From positions 1-43,330 of the forward strand of contig CAZUVO010000005.1 of NCBI GenBank assembly GCA_964623955.1: 43,330 nt of DNA, in the 5' to 3' direction. The translations under genes and the position numbers were made by a program. Below are positions 17,806 to 26,523 of the stretch, piece by piece; position 1 is the first letter of the stretch, and every line of letters begins with the position of its first letter. The notes under the pieces were generated by a model. That model did no database searches. It worked only from the letters and a program-made list of their open reading frames with translations, and had not been told where the DNA came from. Source of the DNA: an uncultured Rhizobiaceae bacterium. Lineage in GTDB: Bacteria > Pseudomonadota > Alphaproteobacteria > UBA828.

Positions 17806-18783
17806 ATGCCAAGAAGAATAATTGGATATTTAAAACTTAAGATATCCCAGAGTTCGTATAAATTTCTTACCGGATTGGCCCGCCAGCAAAAGATAAAAGC
17901 ATTGGCGCCTTCTTTCTTACGCAAGTTTGTTTCTAAACACATTGTCAAAAAAGTGGTCGATATTTACGATCGCGAGCGGCTGCTGCAACGGGTCGACGAG
18001 AAGACAATTTTGCTCGCCGATTACCCACGCTGCGGCATCGCATGGGTGCGTTTCACCATGGCGACGGTCTTGCATTACCGTACGAATAATGAATTCCGAA
18101 AATTGACGTTTCCGGAATTGGGAAGTTATTGTCCCACTATTCACAGCCATGGCGAGTTCGACCCTATTTATTTTAATGACGGGGTCAGCTTCATAAGGAC
18201 CCATTCGCACTATTATCCGGAATATCGCCGCGCGATCATGATTTATAGAGATCCGTTCGAGGCGATCAAATCGCTTCATACCCATGAAAGCTATACCCTT
18301 GACGATGTTGATTTTGAGCTGTCCTACGTGTCCAGGCGGGAGGGGCATGTGCTTTCGGGTGAAAAATATGAAGGCTTGTCGGAGGACGAATCATTTCTCG
18401 TCTATTGGAGCAACCAGTATGTGATTCATCATGAAACATGGATTACGGCAATTAACCCACGCCCGGACGATTTTCTGATTGTCAAATATGAGGATATGCT
18501 TGAGCGGTGCGCCGACCTACTGCCTGCCATGATTTCGTTTTCGGGGCTTGACCAGCCGCCTTTGACGCAAGATCAGATATCCACGCTTGCCGGCATGTAC
18601 ACCCGGCGCCACGCCAATTGGAGATCGGATGACGATATCGCCTATCGCGACAAGAATTTTCACCGGCTTGAGAACATCATGTGTCTCAGCGAATTGGAGC
18701 GATTAAATCAGGGCCTTGCACGCCGGATCGAGAATATTTTCGCGCAACTTGACGCGCTGCGCCATCGGCCGCGGCAGGGCTGA
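17806..18783 (+). CDS. Sulfotransferase-like protein, paralogue 1
   Basis: 5'-PSB-like loop 'YPRCGIAW' (cf. PKSGTTW). 3'-PB-like 'IRTHSH...IMIYRDPFEAIKSL' (cf. RNPxDxxxS). 'VKYEDMLERCADLLPAMISFSGL' (cf. YEDL....FLG). AT-rich codon usage. Confidence 0.6.
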   Translation: MPRRIIGYLKLKISQSSYKFLTGLARQQKIKALAPSFLRKFVSKHIVKKVVDIYDRERLLQRVDEKTILLADYPRCGIAWVRFTMATVLHYRTNNEFRKLTFPELGSYCPTIHSHGEFDPIYFNDGVSFIRTHSHYYPEYRRAIMIYRDPFEAIKSLHTHESYTLDDVDFELSYVSRREGHVLSGEKYEGLSEDESFLVYWSNQYVIHHETWITAINPRPDDFLIVKYEDMLERCADLLPAMISFSGLDQPPLTQDQISTLAGMYTRRHANWRSDDDIAYRDKNFHRLENIMCLSELERLNQGLARRIENIFAQLDALRHRPRQG

Positions 18784-18839
18784 CAATCGCGGAACCTATC
18801 GTATGGCAGTCGAAGCAACGTGAAAGCCCGGCAGGTAGA

Positions 18840-19841
18840 ATGATAAGGTTTCTCATACGCGGCATTACCAGGCGTCTCTATTTCCTCCTCATGAGGGCCG
18901 CCCATCAACAGAGGTTGAAGGCCGCGGCGCCCCGGTTTGTGCGCAAATTTATTTCGCGCATTGTCGTCAGGGCCGTCGTCGACACCTATGACCGCGAGCG
19001 GCGGCTGCAGCGGGTGGATGACGACACCATATTGCTGGCTGATTTTCGCCGCTGCGGCGTGGCGTGGTTGCGATTTGTCCTGACCACCGTGTTGCACTAT
19101 CGCGCCACGGGGGAATTCCGCAAACTTGCGCATCAGGAGTTGGAAAACTACTGCGCCACGATTCATGGCCACGAGAAGTTTTCCCCTTATTACTTCAACG
19201 ACGGCACTTCTTTTCTAAAAACCCATTCTCATTTTTATCCTGAATTCCGCCGGGCGATCATGATTTATCGTAACTCTTATGAGGCGATAAAATCGCTTTA
19301 TACCCAAGAGAGCTACACGCTAAACAATATTTCCCAAATGTATAATTTTGACCTGTTTCGCGGCACGGACCGCGAGAAAGTGCCGCTATCGGGTGACAAA
19401 TATGAAGGCCTTTCGGTGGATGAATCATTTCTGGTCTATTGGTCGGCGGAATATGTCAGGCATCACGAGACCTGGCTCGCGGCGATTCGAGAGCGTCCCG
19501 ACGATTTTCTCGTGTTCAAATATGAAGACATGCTCGACAATTGCGCGGCGCTTCTGCCGGCAATGATTTCCTTTGCAAAATTGGATGCGCCGCCTCTGAC
19601 CGGGGAGCAAATATCGGCGCTTGCCGGCATGTATACGAGAAAATACAGCAATTGGCCGAAGGACGAAGACTTGAGCTATCGCGACAATAAATTTTCCGAA
19701 CTTGAAAACGTTATCAGCCCGCGCGAATTAAACCGTCTCAACGCAGCACTTGCGCGGCGCATCGAAGAAATCCATGCCGAGCTCGACGATGTGCGGCAGC
19801 CGATAATGGCCTGTTCCCCGGCGATGACCGCGCAACATTGA
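18840..19841 (+). CDS. Sulfotransferase-like protein, paralogue 2 (tandem duplicate)
   Basis: Collinear with paralogue 1 over nearly the full length: 'FRRCGVAW', 'LKTHSH...IMIYRNSYEAIKSL', 'FKYEDMLDNCAALLPAMISFAKL'. By eye roughly 60% identical. Confidence 0.6.
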   Translation: MIRFLIRGITRRLYFLLMRAAHQQRLKAAAPRFVRKFISRIVVRAVVDTYDRERRLQRVDDDTILLADFRRCGVAWLRFVLTTVLHYRATGEFRKLAHQELENYCATIHGHEKFSPYYFNDGTSFLKTHSHFYPEFRRAIMIYRNSYEAIKSLYTQESYTLNNISQMYNFDLFRGTDREKVPLSGDKYEGLSVDESFLVYWSAEYVRHHETWLAAIRERPDDFLVFKYEDMLDNCAALLPAMISFAKLDAPPLTGEQISALAGMYTRKYSNWPKDEDLSYRDNKFSELENVISPRELNRLNAALARRIEEIHAELDDVRQPIMACSPAMTAQH

Positions 19842-19880
19842 TGGCCCAACGCAATCTCTGACGACTATCCCAGAATTCTC

Positions 19881-21185
19881 GTGCTGGCGCGCATGCCCTT
19901 CAACACGCAGGACGGCACGGGCATCGCCTTGAGTGCGCTCTTTCACGGCTGGCCGAAAGACCGCATCGCCCAACTCTGCGGCGAAGGTGCTATTGCCATG
20001 GCGGACAGAAACATCTGCGAAACCTATTACGGGCTGGGCGCGGCGGAGTTGCGCCGGGCCTGGCCGCTTAGACTGCGCGATGCCTTGCGCGGCAAGCCGG
20101 CGGCGGGCGCTCCCGGCGGCACGGCTCCCCCGGGCGGCGGCGCCGCTCAATCCGGACCGGCGGCGGCGTTCCGGCGCTATCTCCATGGGCGCGGCTGGCT
20201 CTATCCGGTCGATTCGCGCCTCAGTGCCGGCTTGCAGCGGTTTCTCAACGCGTTCTCGCCCGATCTGATCTATGCCGCGCCGGCGGAATTCGCCATGGTC
20301 CGCCTCACCCGGCAAATCGGCTGCCATCTCGGCGCGCCGGTCGCCGTGCAAGTATGGGACAATTGGATGAGCATGCATTACCGCAAGGGCGCCGGCGCCG
20401 CGGGTAAACGCCGCCGGCTCGACGCCGAGCTCCGCGCCCTCTTTGGCGAGGCGGCGCTCCGTTTCGGCATCAGCGAGCCCATGTGCGACGCTTATGGAAC
20501 GGCCTATGGCCAGCCCTTTCTGCCGCTTCCGGTCTCTGTCGATGTTGCCGAATGGCACCGCCAGTTCGCCGAGCGCGGCGCGCCGGGCGAGCCCTTCACC
20601 ATTCTCTATGCCGGAACGATTCACCAACACGCCGCCTATGCCGGCCTTGCGGATATGAGCCGCGCGGTGGAGGCGCTGAATGCGGCGGGCCTCGCGGCGC
20701 GCTTCAAGATCCTCGCCGCGTCCCCACCGCCTGCCGGGCAGATATCCGAGCTCGGCGGCCGGTTCACCGAATTCGCGACCGCCGCCGGCCGCACGGAACT
20801 TATCGCCGAGACCGGCGCCGCCGATCTTCTCTTTCTGCCGGTCGCGTTCGACGCCGAGAGCCGCGACCTCATCAAATATTCCCTGCCGGCGAAGAGCGCC
20901 GCCTATATGGCGAGCGGCACGCCGATACTGGTCTACGCCCCTGCCGACCTGCCGATCGCTATTGAGGCGGCACGCCACGGCATCGCCCATGCGGTTACCG
21001 AGCGGGATATCGGCCACCTGGCGGAAGGCGTGCGTCATATGCTGAGCGATCGAGCGGCGCGTGCCGCGGTCTCCGAAGCGGCGCTTCGCCGCGCCCGCGA
21101 GGCTTACGACCGGCCCGTGCTGCAGGAATGCACCCGCCGGCTCTTCGCGGACGCCATTTCGCACCAACAGGGCACCGGCGTCTGA
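19881..21185 (+). CDS. GT-B-fold glycosyltransferase-like protein
   Basis: The C-terminal half, 'FTILYAGTI...LLFLPVAFDAESRDLIKYSLPAKSAAYMASGTPILVYAP', resembles GT4-like donor-binding domains. GTG start. High GC. Confidence 0.5.
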   Translation: MLARMPFNTQDGTGIALSALFHGWPKDRIAQLCGEGAIAMADRNICETYYGLGAAELRRAWPLRLRDALRGKPAAGAPGGTAPPGGGAAQSGPAAAFRRYLHGRGWLYPVDSRLSAGLQRFLNAFSPDLIYAAPAEFAMVRLTRQIGCHLGAPVAVQVWDNWMSMHYRKGAGAAGKRRRLDAELRALFGEAALRFGISEPMCDAYGTAYGQPFLPLPVSVDVAEWHRQFAERGAPGEPFTILYAGTIHQHAAYAGLADMSRAVEALNAAGLAARFKILAASPPPAGQISELGGRFTEFATAAGRTELIAETGAADLLFLPVAFDAESRDLIKYSLPAKSAAYMASGTPILVYAPADLPIAIEAARHGIAHAVTERDIGHLAEGVRHMLSDRAARAAVSEAALRRAREAYDRPVLQECTRRLFADAISHQQGTGV

Positions 21186-22345
21186 TGGTTGCGAGCAAGC
21201 GCAAAATTCTCCTCGCCGTCGGAACCCGGCCCGAAGCGCTCAAGCTGGCGCCGGTGGTGCACGCCTTGCGCGCGCGCCCCGAGGCGTTTGACGTCAAACT
21301 CTGCGCCACGGGCCAGCACCGCGAAATGCTCGACCAGGCGCTTCAATTCATGTCGGTCGCGCCGGCTTACGATCTCGATATCATGGCGGCGGATCAGGGG
21401 CCGTCCGATGTGGCGGCGCGCGTCCTGCTCGGCATGCAGGAGATCTTCGCCAGCGAAACGCCGGAGCTGGTCATCGTCCAGGGCGACACGACCAGCGCGC
21501 TGGCCGCCGCCCTTGCCGCTTATTACCGGCGCATCCCCGTCGGCCATGTCGAGGCCGGGCTCCGCACCGGCGACACTTACGCGCCCTGGCCGGAGGAGGG
21601 CAATCGCCGCCTGCTGGCAGGCTTGGCGCGGTATCATTTCGCCCCCACAGAGGCCGCGCGCGGCAATCTGTTGCGCGAAGGGATCGCCGAGGCCGAGATA
21701 CACGTCACCGGCAACACCATCGTCGATGCGCTCGCCGATATCACCGGCCGGTTCGAGCGCGACGATGCGATGCGGCAGGAAAAGGCGCGGGAATTCTCCT
21801 ATCTCGATTCCGCCAAGCGGCTCATTCTCGTCACCAGCCACCGGCGGGAAAATTTCGGCGCGCCGATGGAGCGGGTTTGCCGCGCGCTGCGTGCCATCGT
21901 CACCGATCACGCGGATACGGAGCTTCTGTTTCCCGTCCATCTCAATCCCAATGTACGCGGGACGGTTCATGATATATTAGGCGCCCTCGACGGGCCGGTC
22001 GCGGAGCGGGTTCACCTGATCGAGCCGGTCGATTATTTTTCCTTCGTCTATCTCATGATGCGAGCGCATATCATCCTTACCGATTCCGGCGGCATCCAGG
22101 AAGAGAGCCCGACCCTGGGCGTGCCGACCCTGGTGCTGCGCGAAGCCACGGAGCGGCCCGAGGCCGTGGCGGCCGGCTGCGCTCTCTTGGTGGGCACGGA
22201 TGAAGAGAAAATCGTCCGCGAAGCCGATCGCCTGCTCAGCGACGGCGCCCATCGCGGTGCGATGAGCCGCGCGGTAAGCCCGTTCGGCGATGGCGAGGCG
22301 GGCCGGCGCATCGCCGAGATCCTCGCGGCGGAAGACTGGGCATGA
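21185..22345 (+). CDS. wecB: UDP-N-acetylglucosamine 2-epimerase (non-hydrolysing)
   Basis: 'KILLAVGTRPEALKLAPVV', 'VQGDTTSALAAALAAYY', 'VGHVEAGLRT', 'ILTDSGGIQEESPTLGVPTLVLREATERPE'. Confidence 0.9.
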   Translation: MVASKRKILLAVGTRPEALKLAPVVHALRARPEAFDVKLCATGQHREMLDQALQFMSVAPAYDLDIMAADQGPSDVAARVLLGMQEIFASETPELVIVQGDTTSALAAALAAYYRRIPVGHVEAGLRTGDTYAPWPEEGNRRLLAGLARYHFAPTEAARGNLLREGIAEAEIHVTGNTIVDALADITGRFERDDAMRQEKAREFSYLDSAKRLILVTSHRRENFGAPMERVCRALRAIVTDHADTELLFPVHLNPNVRGTVHDILGALDGPVAERVHLIEPVDYFSFVYLMMRAHIILTDSGGIQEESPTLGVPTLVLREATERPEAVAAGCALLVGTDEEKIVREADRLLSDGAHRGAMSRAVSPFGDGEAGRRIAEILAAEDWA

Positions 22346-23595
22346 AGGTCTGCGTTCTCGGCCTCGGCTATGTCGGCCTGCCGACCGGCGCGCTGCTCGC
22401 GGCCAAGGGCATGCGGGTCCATGGCGTCGATACCGATTCGGCGCTGACCGAGGCGATCAATGGCGGCACCTTCACTTCGGTCGAACCGGACCTCGACCTG
22501 CTGGTGAAATCCGCTGTCCGCGATGGCAATCTGGCGGCTTCCGGCGAGCCGGCGGCGGCGGATGTGTTCGTCCTCGCGGTGCCGACACCGGTACTGGCCG
22601 ACAGAAGCGGCGCCGATCTCTCGGCCATCGAAGCCGCCTGCAAGGCGCTCGCTGGTCATCTCGCGCCGGGCAATCTGATCATCCTCGAATCCACCGTGCC
22701 CATCGGCACGACGGAACGGATGGCGGCGTGGATCGGTGAATCCCGCCCCGATCTCACCTTCCGCGAGAGCGACGAGGGCGCAAATGACGGCAACCGTGTC
22801 TATCTCGCCCATTGTCCCGAGCGCGTGCTGCCCGGGCGGCTGATGCAGGAGCTGATCGAGAACGACCGCACGGTCGGCGGCATCGACCGGCCCTCCGCCG
22901 AGCGCGCGCGGGATTTCTACGCCGGCTTCGTGCAGGGCGCCATCGCCCTCAGCAATGCGCGCACGGCGGAGCTGTCGAAGCTGATCGAGAACGCCTATCG
23001 CGACGTCAATATCGCCTTCGCCAACGAGCTCTCCATGATCTGCGACGGGCTGGATATCGATGTCTGGGAAGTGATCGAGCTGGCCAATCAGCATCCACGG
23101 GTGAATGTGCTGACGCCGAGCGCCGGCGTCGGCGGCCATTGCATCGCCGTCGATCCCTGGTTCATCGTCGCCTCGGCGCCAGAGCAAGCCAATTTGATCC
23201 GCGCCGCGCGCGCGGTGAACGATGCCAAACCGGTCCATGTCGCGGCGCGGGTGCACGCGGCGCTGGCGGACCGGGAAGGCGCCACGATCGCCTGCCTCGG
23301 CATCGCCTTCAAACCGGATGTCGACGATCTCCGCGGCAGCCCGGCGCTGGAAATCGTCGCGAGCTTGGCGGCGGACGATGCTCTCACCGCGCTCGTCGTC
23401 GAGCCCCATGTCGAGGAATTGCCGCCTGGCCTGGCGGGTCTCGGCAATGTGGAATTGGTCGGGCTGGACGAAGCGCTCGGGCGGGCCGATGTTATCGCCC
23501 TTCTGGTTGGCCACCGGCCGTTTCGCGACATCGACCGCGCGCGCCTGGCGGAGAAGCCGGTCGTCGATTGCACGGGCGCATGGCGCGTTCCTTGA
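22342..23595 (+). CDS. wecC: UDP-N-acetyl-D-mannosamine dehydrogenase
   Basis: 'MKVCVLGLGYVGLPTGALLA', 'SKLIENAYRDVNIAFANEL', 'GVGGHCIAVDPWF', 'GIAFKPDVDDLRGSPA'. ATGA overlap with wecB. Confidence 0.9.
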   Translation: MKVCVLGLGYVGLPTGALLAAKGMRVHGVDTDSALTEAINGGTFTSVEPDLDLLVKSAVRDGNLAASGEPAAADVFVLAVPTPVLADRSGADLSAIEAACKALAGHLAPGNLIILESTVPIGTTERMAAWIGESRPDLTFRESDEGANDGNRVYLAHCPERVLPGRLMQELIENDRTVGGIDRPSAERARDFYAGFVQGAIALSNARTAELSKLIENAYRDVNIAFANELSMICDGLDIDVWEVIELANQHPRVNVLTPSAGVGGHCIAVDPWFIVASAPEQANLIRAARAVNDAKPVHVAARVHAALADREGATIACLGIAFKPDVDDLRGSPALEIVASLAADDALTALVVEPHVEELPPGLAGLGNVELVGLDEALGRADVIALLVGHRPFRDIDRARLAEKPVVDCTGAWRVP

Positions 23596-24302
23596 CGGAG
23601 GAGCCGGCGGTGTCTCCACCACGCTCGGTACAATCCTATTTCGACGGCGTCGCCGGGCGCTGGAGCGCTAATTACGCGCCGGGCGGCGTCATGCGGGCGC
23701 GAATCGAACGGTTCATCGATGCCTGCGCAAAGAGCGCCGCGCCCGATATGCGGGTGCTCGATTTCGGTTGCGGCAGCGGCGAGCTGGCCCGCGCCATGGC
23801 CGCGCGGGGCTGGCGCGTGACGGGCTGCGACATGTCGCGCGAAATGCTGCGCATCGCCGAGTCCGCGCCGGGCGGCGGTACGGTCGAGTGGCGCGCGGTT
23901 CAGCCGGCGGCGAAACTGCCCTTCGCCGATGATTCATTCGCCATCGCCACCGCCTCCAGCGTGTTCGAATATATTCCCCAGCCCGCGGCGTCGCTGAAAG
24001 AACTGCATCGGGTTTTGCTTCCCCAGGGGCGGATATTGCTGACGGTTCCGGATATGCGCCATGCCGTGCGCATCGCCGAGGAAAAAAACCGCCACAGCCT
24101 GCGCGGGCACATCATGCGCTGGGCGAGACGTGTTTGGGCGCGGGGAGAAGATATCGACTATCTGCCCTATTCGCTCTCTCGTCCCACGCCGGAGGGCTGG
24201 CTCGAGCTGCTGCGCGACTGCGCCTTCACTCCGGACCCGTTGCCGGATTGCAGCGACCCGCTCCTGCTCCTGGAGGCGGCCAAAAGCGACATGCGTCGCT
24301 AG
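23580..24302 (+). CDS. Class I SAM-dependent methyltransferase
   Basis: ATG 23580 within ORF 22812..24302. Motif I 'VLDFGCGSGELARAMAARGWRVTGCDMS', then 'LPFADDSFAIATASSVFEYI', 'LLPQGRILLTVP'. Confidence 0.8.
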   Translation: MARSLTEEPAVSPPRSVQSYFDGVAGRWSANYAPGGVMRARIERFIDACAKSAAPDMRVLDFGCGSGELARAMAARGWRVTGCDMSREMLRIAESAPGGGTVEWRAVQPAAKLPFADDSFAIATASSVFEYIPQPAASLKELHRVLLPQGRILLTVPDMRHAVRIAEEKNRHSLRGHIMRWARRVWARGEDIDYLPYSLSRPTPEGWLELLRDCAFTPDPLPDCSDPLLLLEAAKSDMRR

Positions 24303-24470
24303 CTCATGCTGCGGTTCCATCCCCGGTCCGCGGCAGTTTTCCGGAAATTATGGTGGTTGCGCGGACCGATCGGGTATGTAGGGTTACCGGCGCGCCGTTT
24401 CGCGGATCTTGTCGCCTCGGACAGCGCCGCCGCAGGTAGGAAATCATTCAATTCGGTTCGTTGGATATAA

Positions 24471-25436
24471 ATGACAGAAGATAATTACGGCCTCCCGCCC
24501 GAGCGGCTCATCGCGCTCTATAGATCCGTCGTTCGGATTCGCCGGGTGGAAGAGGAAACCGCCAAAATCTATCCGAGCGATCTGGTCAAAAGCCCCATTC
24601 ATTTGTCGATCGGCCAGGAGGCGGTGTCCGTCGGCGTGTGCGATATTCTCGAGCCCGAGGATATCGCTTACGGGACCTATCGCGGGCACGCGCTTTATCT
24701 CGCCAAGGGCGGCGACCTGAAGGCGATGGTCGCGGAATTGTTCGGCCGTGAAACAGGCTGCGCCGGCGGCAAGGCGGGTTCCATGCACCTGGTCGATCCC
24801 GCCGCCAATGTGATGGGCATGTCGGCCATCGTCGCCACCCATATACCGCTCGCGGTGGGCCACGCCTTCGCCGTCAAGTCGAGGGGTCTGGCGGCGATCG
24901 TGGTTTGCTTTTTCGGCGAAGGCGCCGCCGACGAGGGCGCGTTTCACGAAGCGATGAATTTCGCCGCCCTGAAAAACCTGCCGCTGCTGTTCGTCTGCGA
25001 AAACAATCGGCTGGCCATCCATTCGCCGGCCGAGGACAGAATGGCGGGCCCGGGATTGGCGGCGCGGTTTTCATCCTACGGTGTCGCGGGGCGCAACATC
25101 GACGACGAGAACATTTTCTCGATCCGCGCCGCCGCCGAAGACCTGGTGGGTGAGATTCGCGGCGGCGGCGGCCCGCGCTATCTCGAATGCAGAACCTCCC
25201 GCTGGCGCGAGCATGTCGGCCCGGCGGAGGATTGGGATGCGGCTTACCGCGACGCGGCGGAAGAGCGCGCGCGGTCGGCCAAGGATCCGGTGGCGTTTCT
25301 CGCCGCGCTGTTGGATGCCGAGACGCGGGCGGCCCTGGACAGCGAAATCGCGGCGGAAATAAGCGAGGCCTTTAAATTGGCCGAGGCCGCGCCCTATCCG
25401 CCGGCGGACGCGTTGAACCATCATGTGTTCGGATAG
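24471..25436 (+). CDS. ThDP-dependent 2-oxoacid dehydrogenase E1 component, alpha subunit-like
   Basis: 'SPIHLSIGQEAVSVG', 'GKAGSMH', and the ThDP motif 'FFGEGAADEGAFHEAMNFAALKNLPLLFVCENN' (GEG in place of the usual GDG). Confidence 0.85.
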   Translation: MTEDNYGLPPERLIALYRSVVRIRRVEEETAKIYPSDLVKSPIHLSIGQEAVSVGVCDILEPEDIAYGTYRGHALYLAKGGDLKAMVAELFGRETGCAGGKAGSMHLVDPAANVMGMSAIVATHIPLAVGHAFAVKSRGLAAIVVCFFGEGAADEGAFHEAMNFAALKNLPLLFVCENNRLAIHSPAEDRMAGPGLAARFSSYGVAGRNIDDENIFSIRAAAEDLVGEIRGGGGPRYLECRTSRWREHVGPAEDWDAAYRDAAEERARSAKDPVAFLAALLDAETRAALDSEIAAEISEAFKLAEAAPYPPADALNHHVFG

Positions 25437-26487
25437 TTCCGCCGTGCGCGAGATCACCTACGGCCAAGCCCTGTTCGAGGCGACGCGCCAGGAAATGGCG
25501 CGCGACGATAGCGTCTTCGTGTTCGGCCAAGGGGTCGACGACCATAAGGGCCATTACGGCACCACGCTCAACCTGCACCGGGAATTCGGCGCCGAGCGCT
25601 GCTTCGACACGCCGCTCGCCGAGGACGCGATGACCGGCATGGCGGTGGGTGCCGCGCTTGCCGGCATGCGGCCGATCCATGTCCATCAGCGCATGGATTT
25701 CCTGCTGCTGTGCATGAACCAGCTCATCAATATGGCGGCGAAATTCTCCTATATGTTCAACGGAACCTACCGCGTGCCGCTGGTCGTCCGCGCCTCCATC
25801 GGGCGAAGCTGGGGGCAGGGGCCGCAGCATTCGCAGGCCCTGCATGCCATGTTCATGCATGTGCCCGGCTTGAAAGTCGTCGCGCCGACCACGGCGCATG
25901 ATGCCAAGGGCTGCCTCACAGCGGCGATCCGCGACAACAACCCGGTCGTCTTTATCGAGCATCGCATGCTCTATGGGCTGTCGGGTCATGTCGCGGAAGA
26001 GAGCTACGAAATCCCCTTCGGGCAGGCGCGCCGATTGACCGAGGGCGGTGATATCACCATCGTTGCGATCAGCCATATGGCGGTCGAGGCGCTGCGCGCG
26101 AGACACCATCTGCAATCCGTCGGAATATCCGCCGAAATCATCGATCCGGTCAGCCTCAGCCCGATCGATTGGGATACCATCCTGACGTCGGTGGAAAAGA
26201 CCGGGAGACTGCTGGTTGTCGACAATGGCTGGCTCAGTTGCGGCGCCTCGGCGGAAATCGTCGCGGAGACCGTCGAACGGCTGCAGGGCAGACGCGGCAT
26301 CACCGTCGGCCGGATGGGCTTTTCGCCATCGCCCTGCCCGACAACGCGGCCGCTTGAGCGCCTGTTTTATCCCAATGACCGGACCATCGCCGCGCGCGCC
26401 CACCGGCTGGTGAAGGGTGGCGACGAGTCCTGGATGCCGGCGGGCGGCGACTCCGCGGAAATCACGGAATTTCGCGGGCCGTTTTGA
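25423..26487 (+). CDS. ThDP-dependent 2-oxoacid dehydrogenase E1 component, beta subunit-like
   Basis: 'ITYGQALFEATRQEMARDDSVFVFGQGV', 'RCFDTPLAEDAMTGMAVGAALAGMRPI', 'PGLKVVAPTTAHDAKG'. 14-nt overlap with the alpha subunit. Confidence 0.85.
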   Translation: MCSDSSAVREITYGQALFEATRQEMARDDSVFVFGQGVDDHKGHYGTTLNLHREFGAERCFDTPLAEDAMTGMAVGAALAGMRPIHVHQRMDFLLLCMNQLINMAAKFSYMFNGTYRVPLVVRASIGRSWGQGPQHSQALHAMFMHVPGLKVVAPTTAHDAKGCLTAAIRDNNPVVFIEHRMLYGLSGHVAEESYEIPFGQARRLTEGGDITIVAISHMAVEALRARHHLQSVGISAEIIDPVSLSPIDWDTILTSVEKTGRLLVVDNGWLSCGASAEIVAETVERLQGRRGITVGRMGFSPSPCPTTRPLERLFYPNDRTIAARAHRLVKGGDESWMPAGGDSAEITEFRGPF

Positions 26488-26523
26488 GCATATAATAATA
26501 AGACAATCGGTGAGGTAGCGGCT

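Noticed and set aside
16076-19880. AGAATTC heptamer immediately upstream of the start codons at both edges of low-GC insert 1 (about 16079-16085 and about 19871-19877), considered as possible target-site duplication.
   Set aside because: It is only 7 bp. GAATTC is frequent throughout this sequence (Glu-Phe codons), and I estimate the chance expectation is not small. No associated mobile-element genes or terminal repeats are present.
22812-23579. 5' extensions of listed ORFs: 22812-23579, 11186-11527, 12792-12893, 14618-14710, 6345-6488, 3799-3897, 28501-28686, 34568-34651, and 28563-28718 on the - strand.
   Set aside because: The extensions overlap the preceding well-supported genes or intergenic DNA and encode low-complexity sequence. 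Family-typical N-termini begin at the internal start codons used in the feature table.
24303-24470. Possible promoter or leaderless start before the E1 alpha gene (TTGGATATAAATG).
   Set aside because: I could not assign a convincing -35/-10 pair with proper spacing. It is kept only as a candidate internal promoter region in the operon-structure finding.
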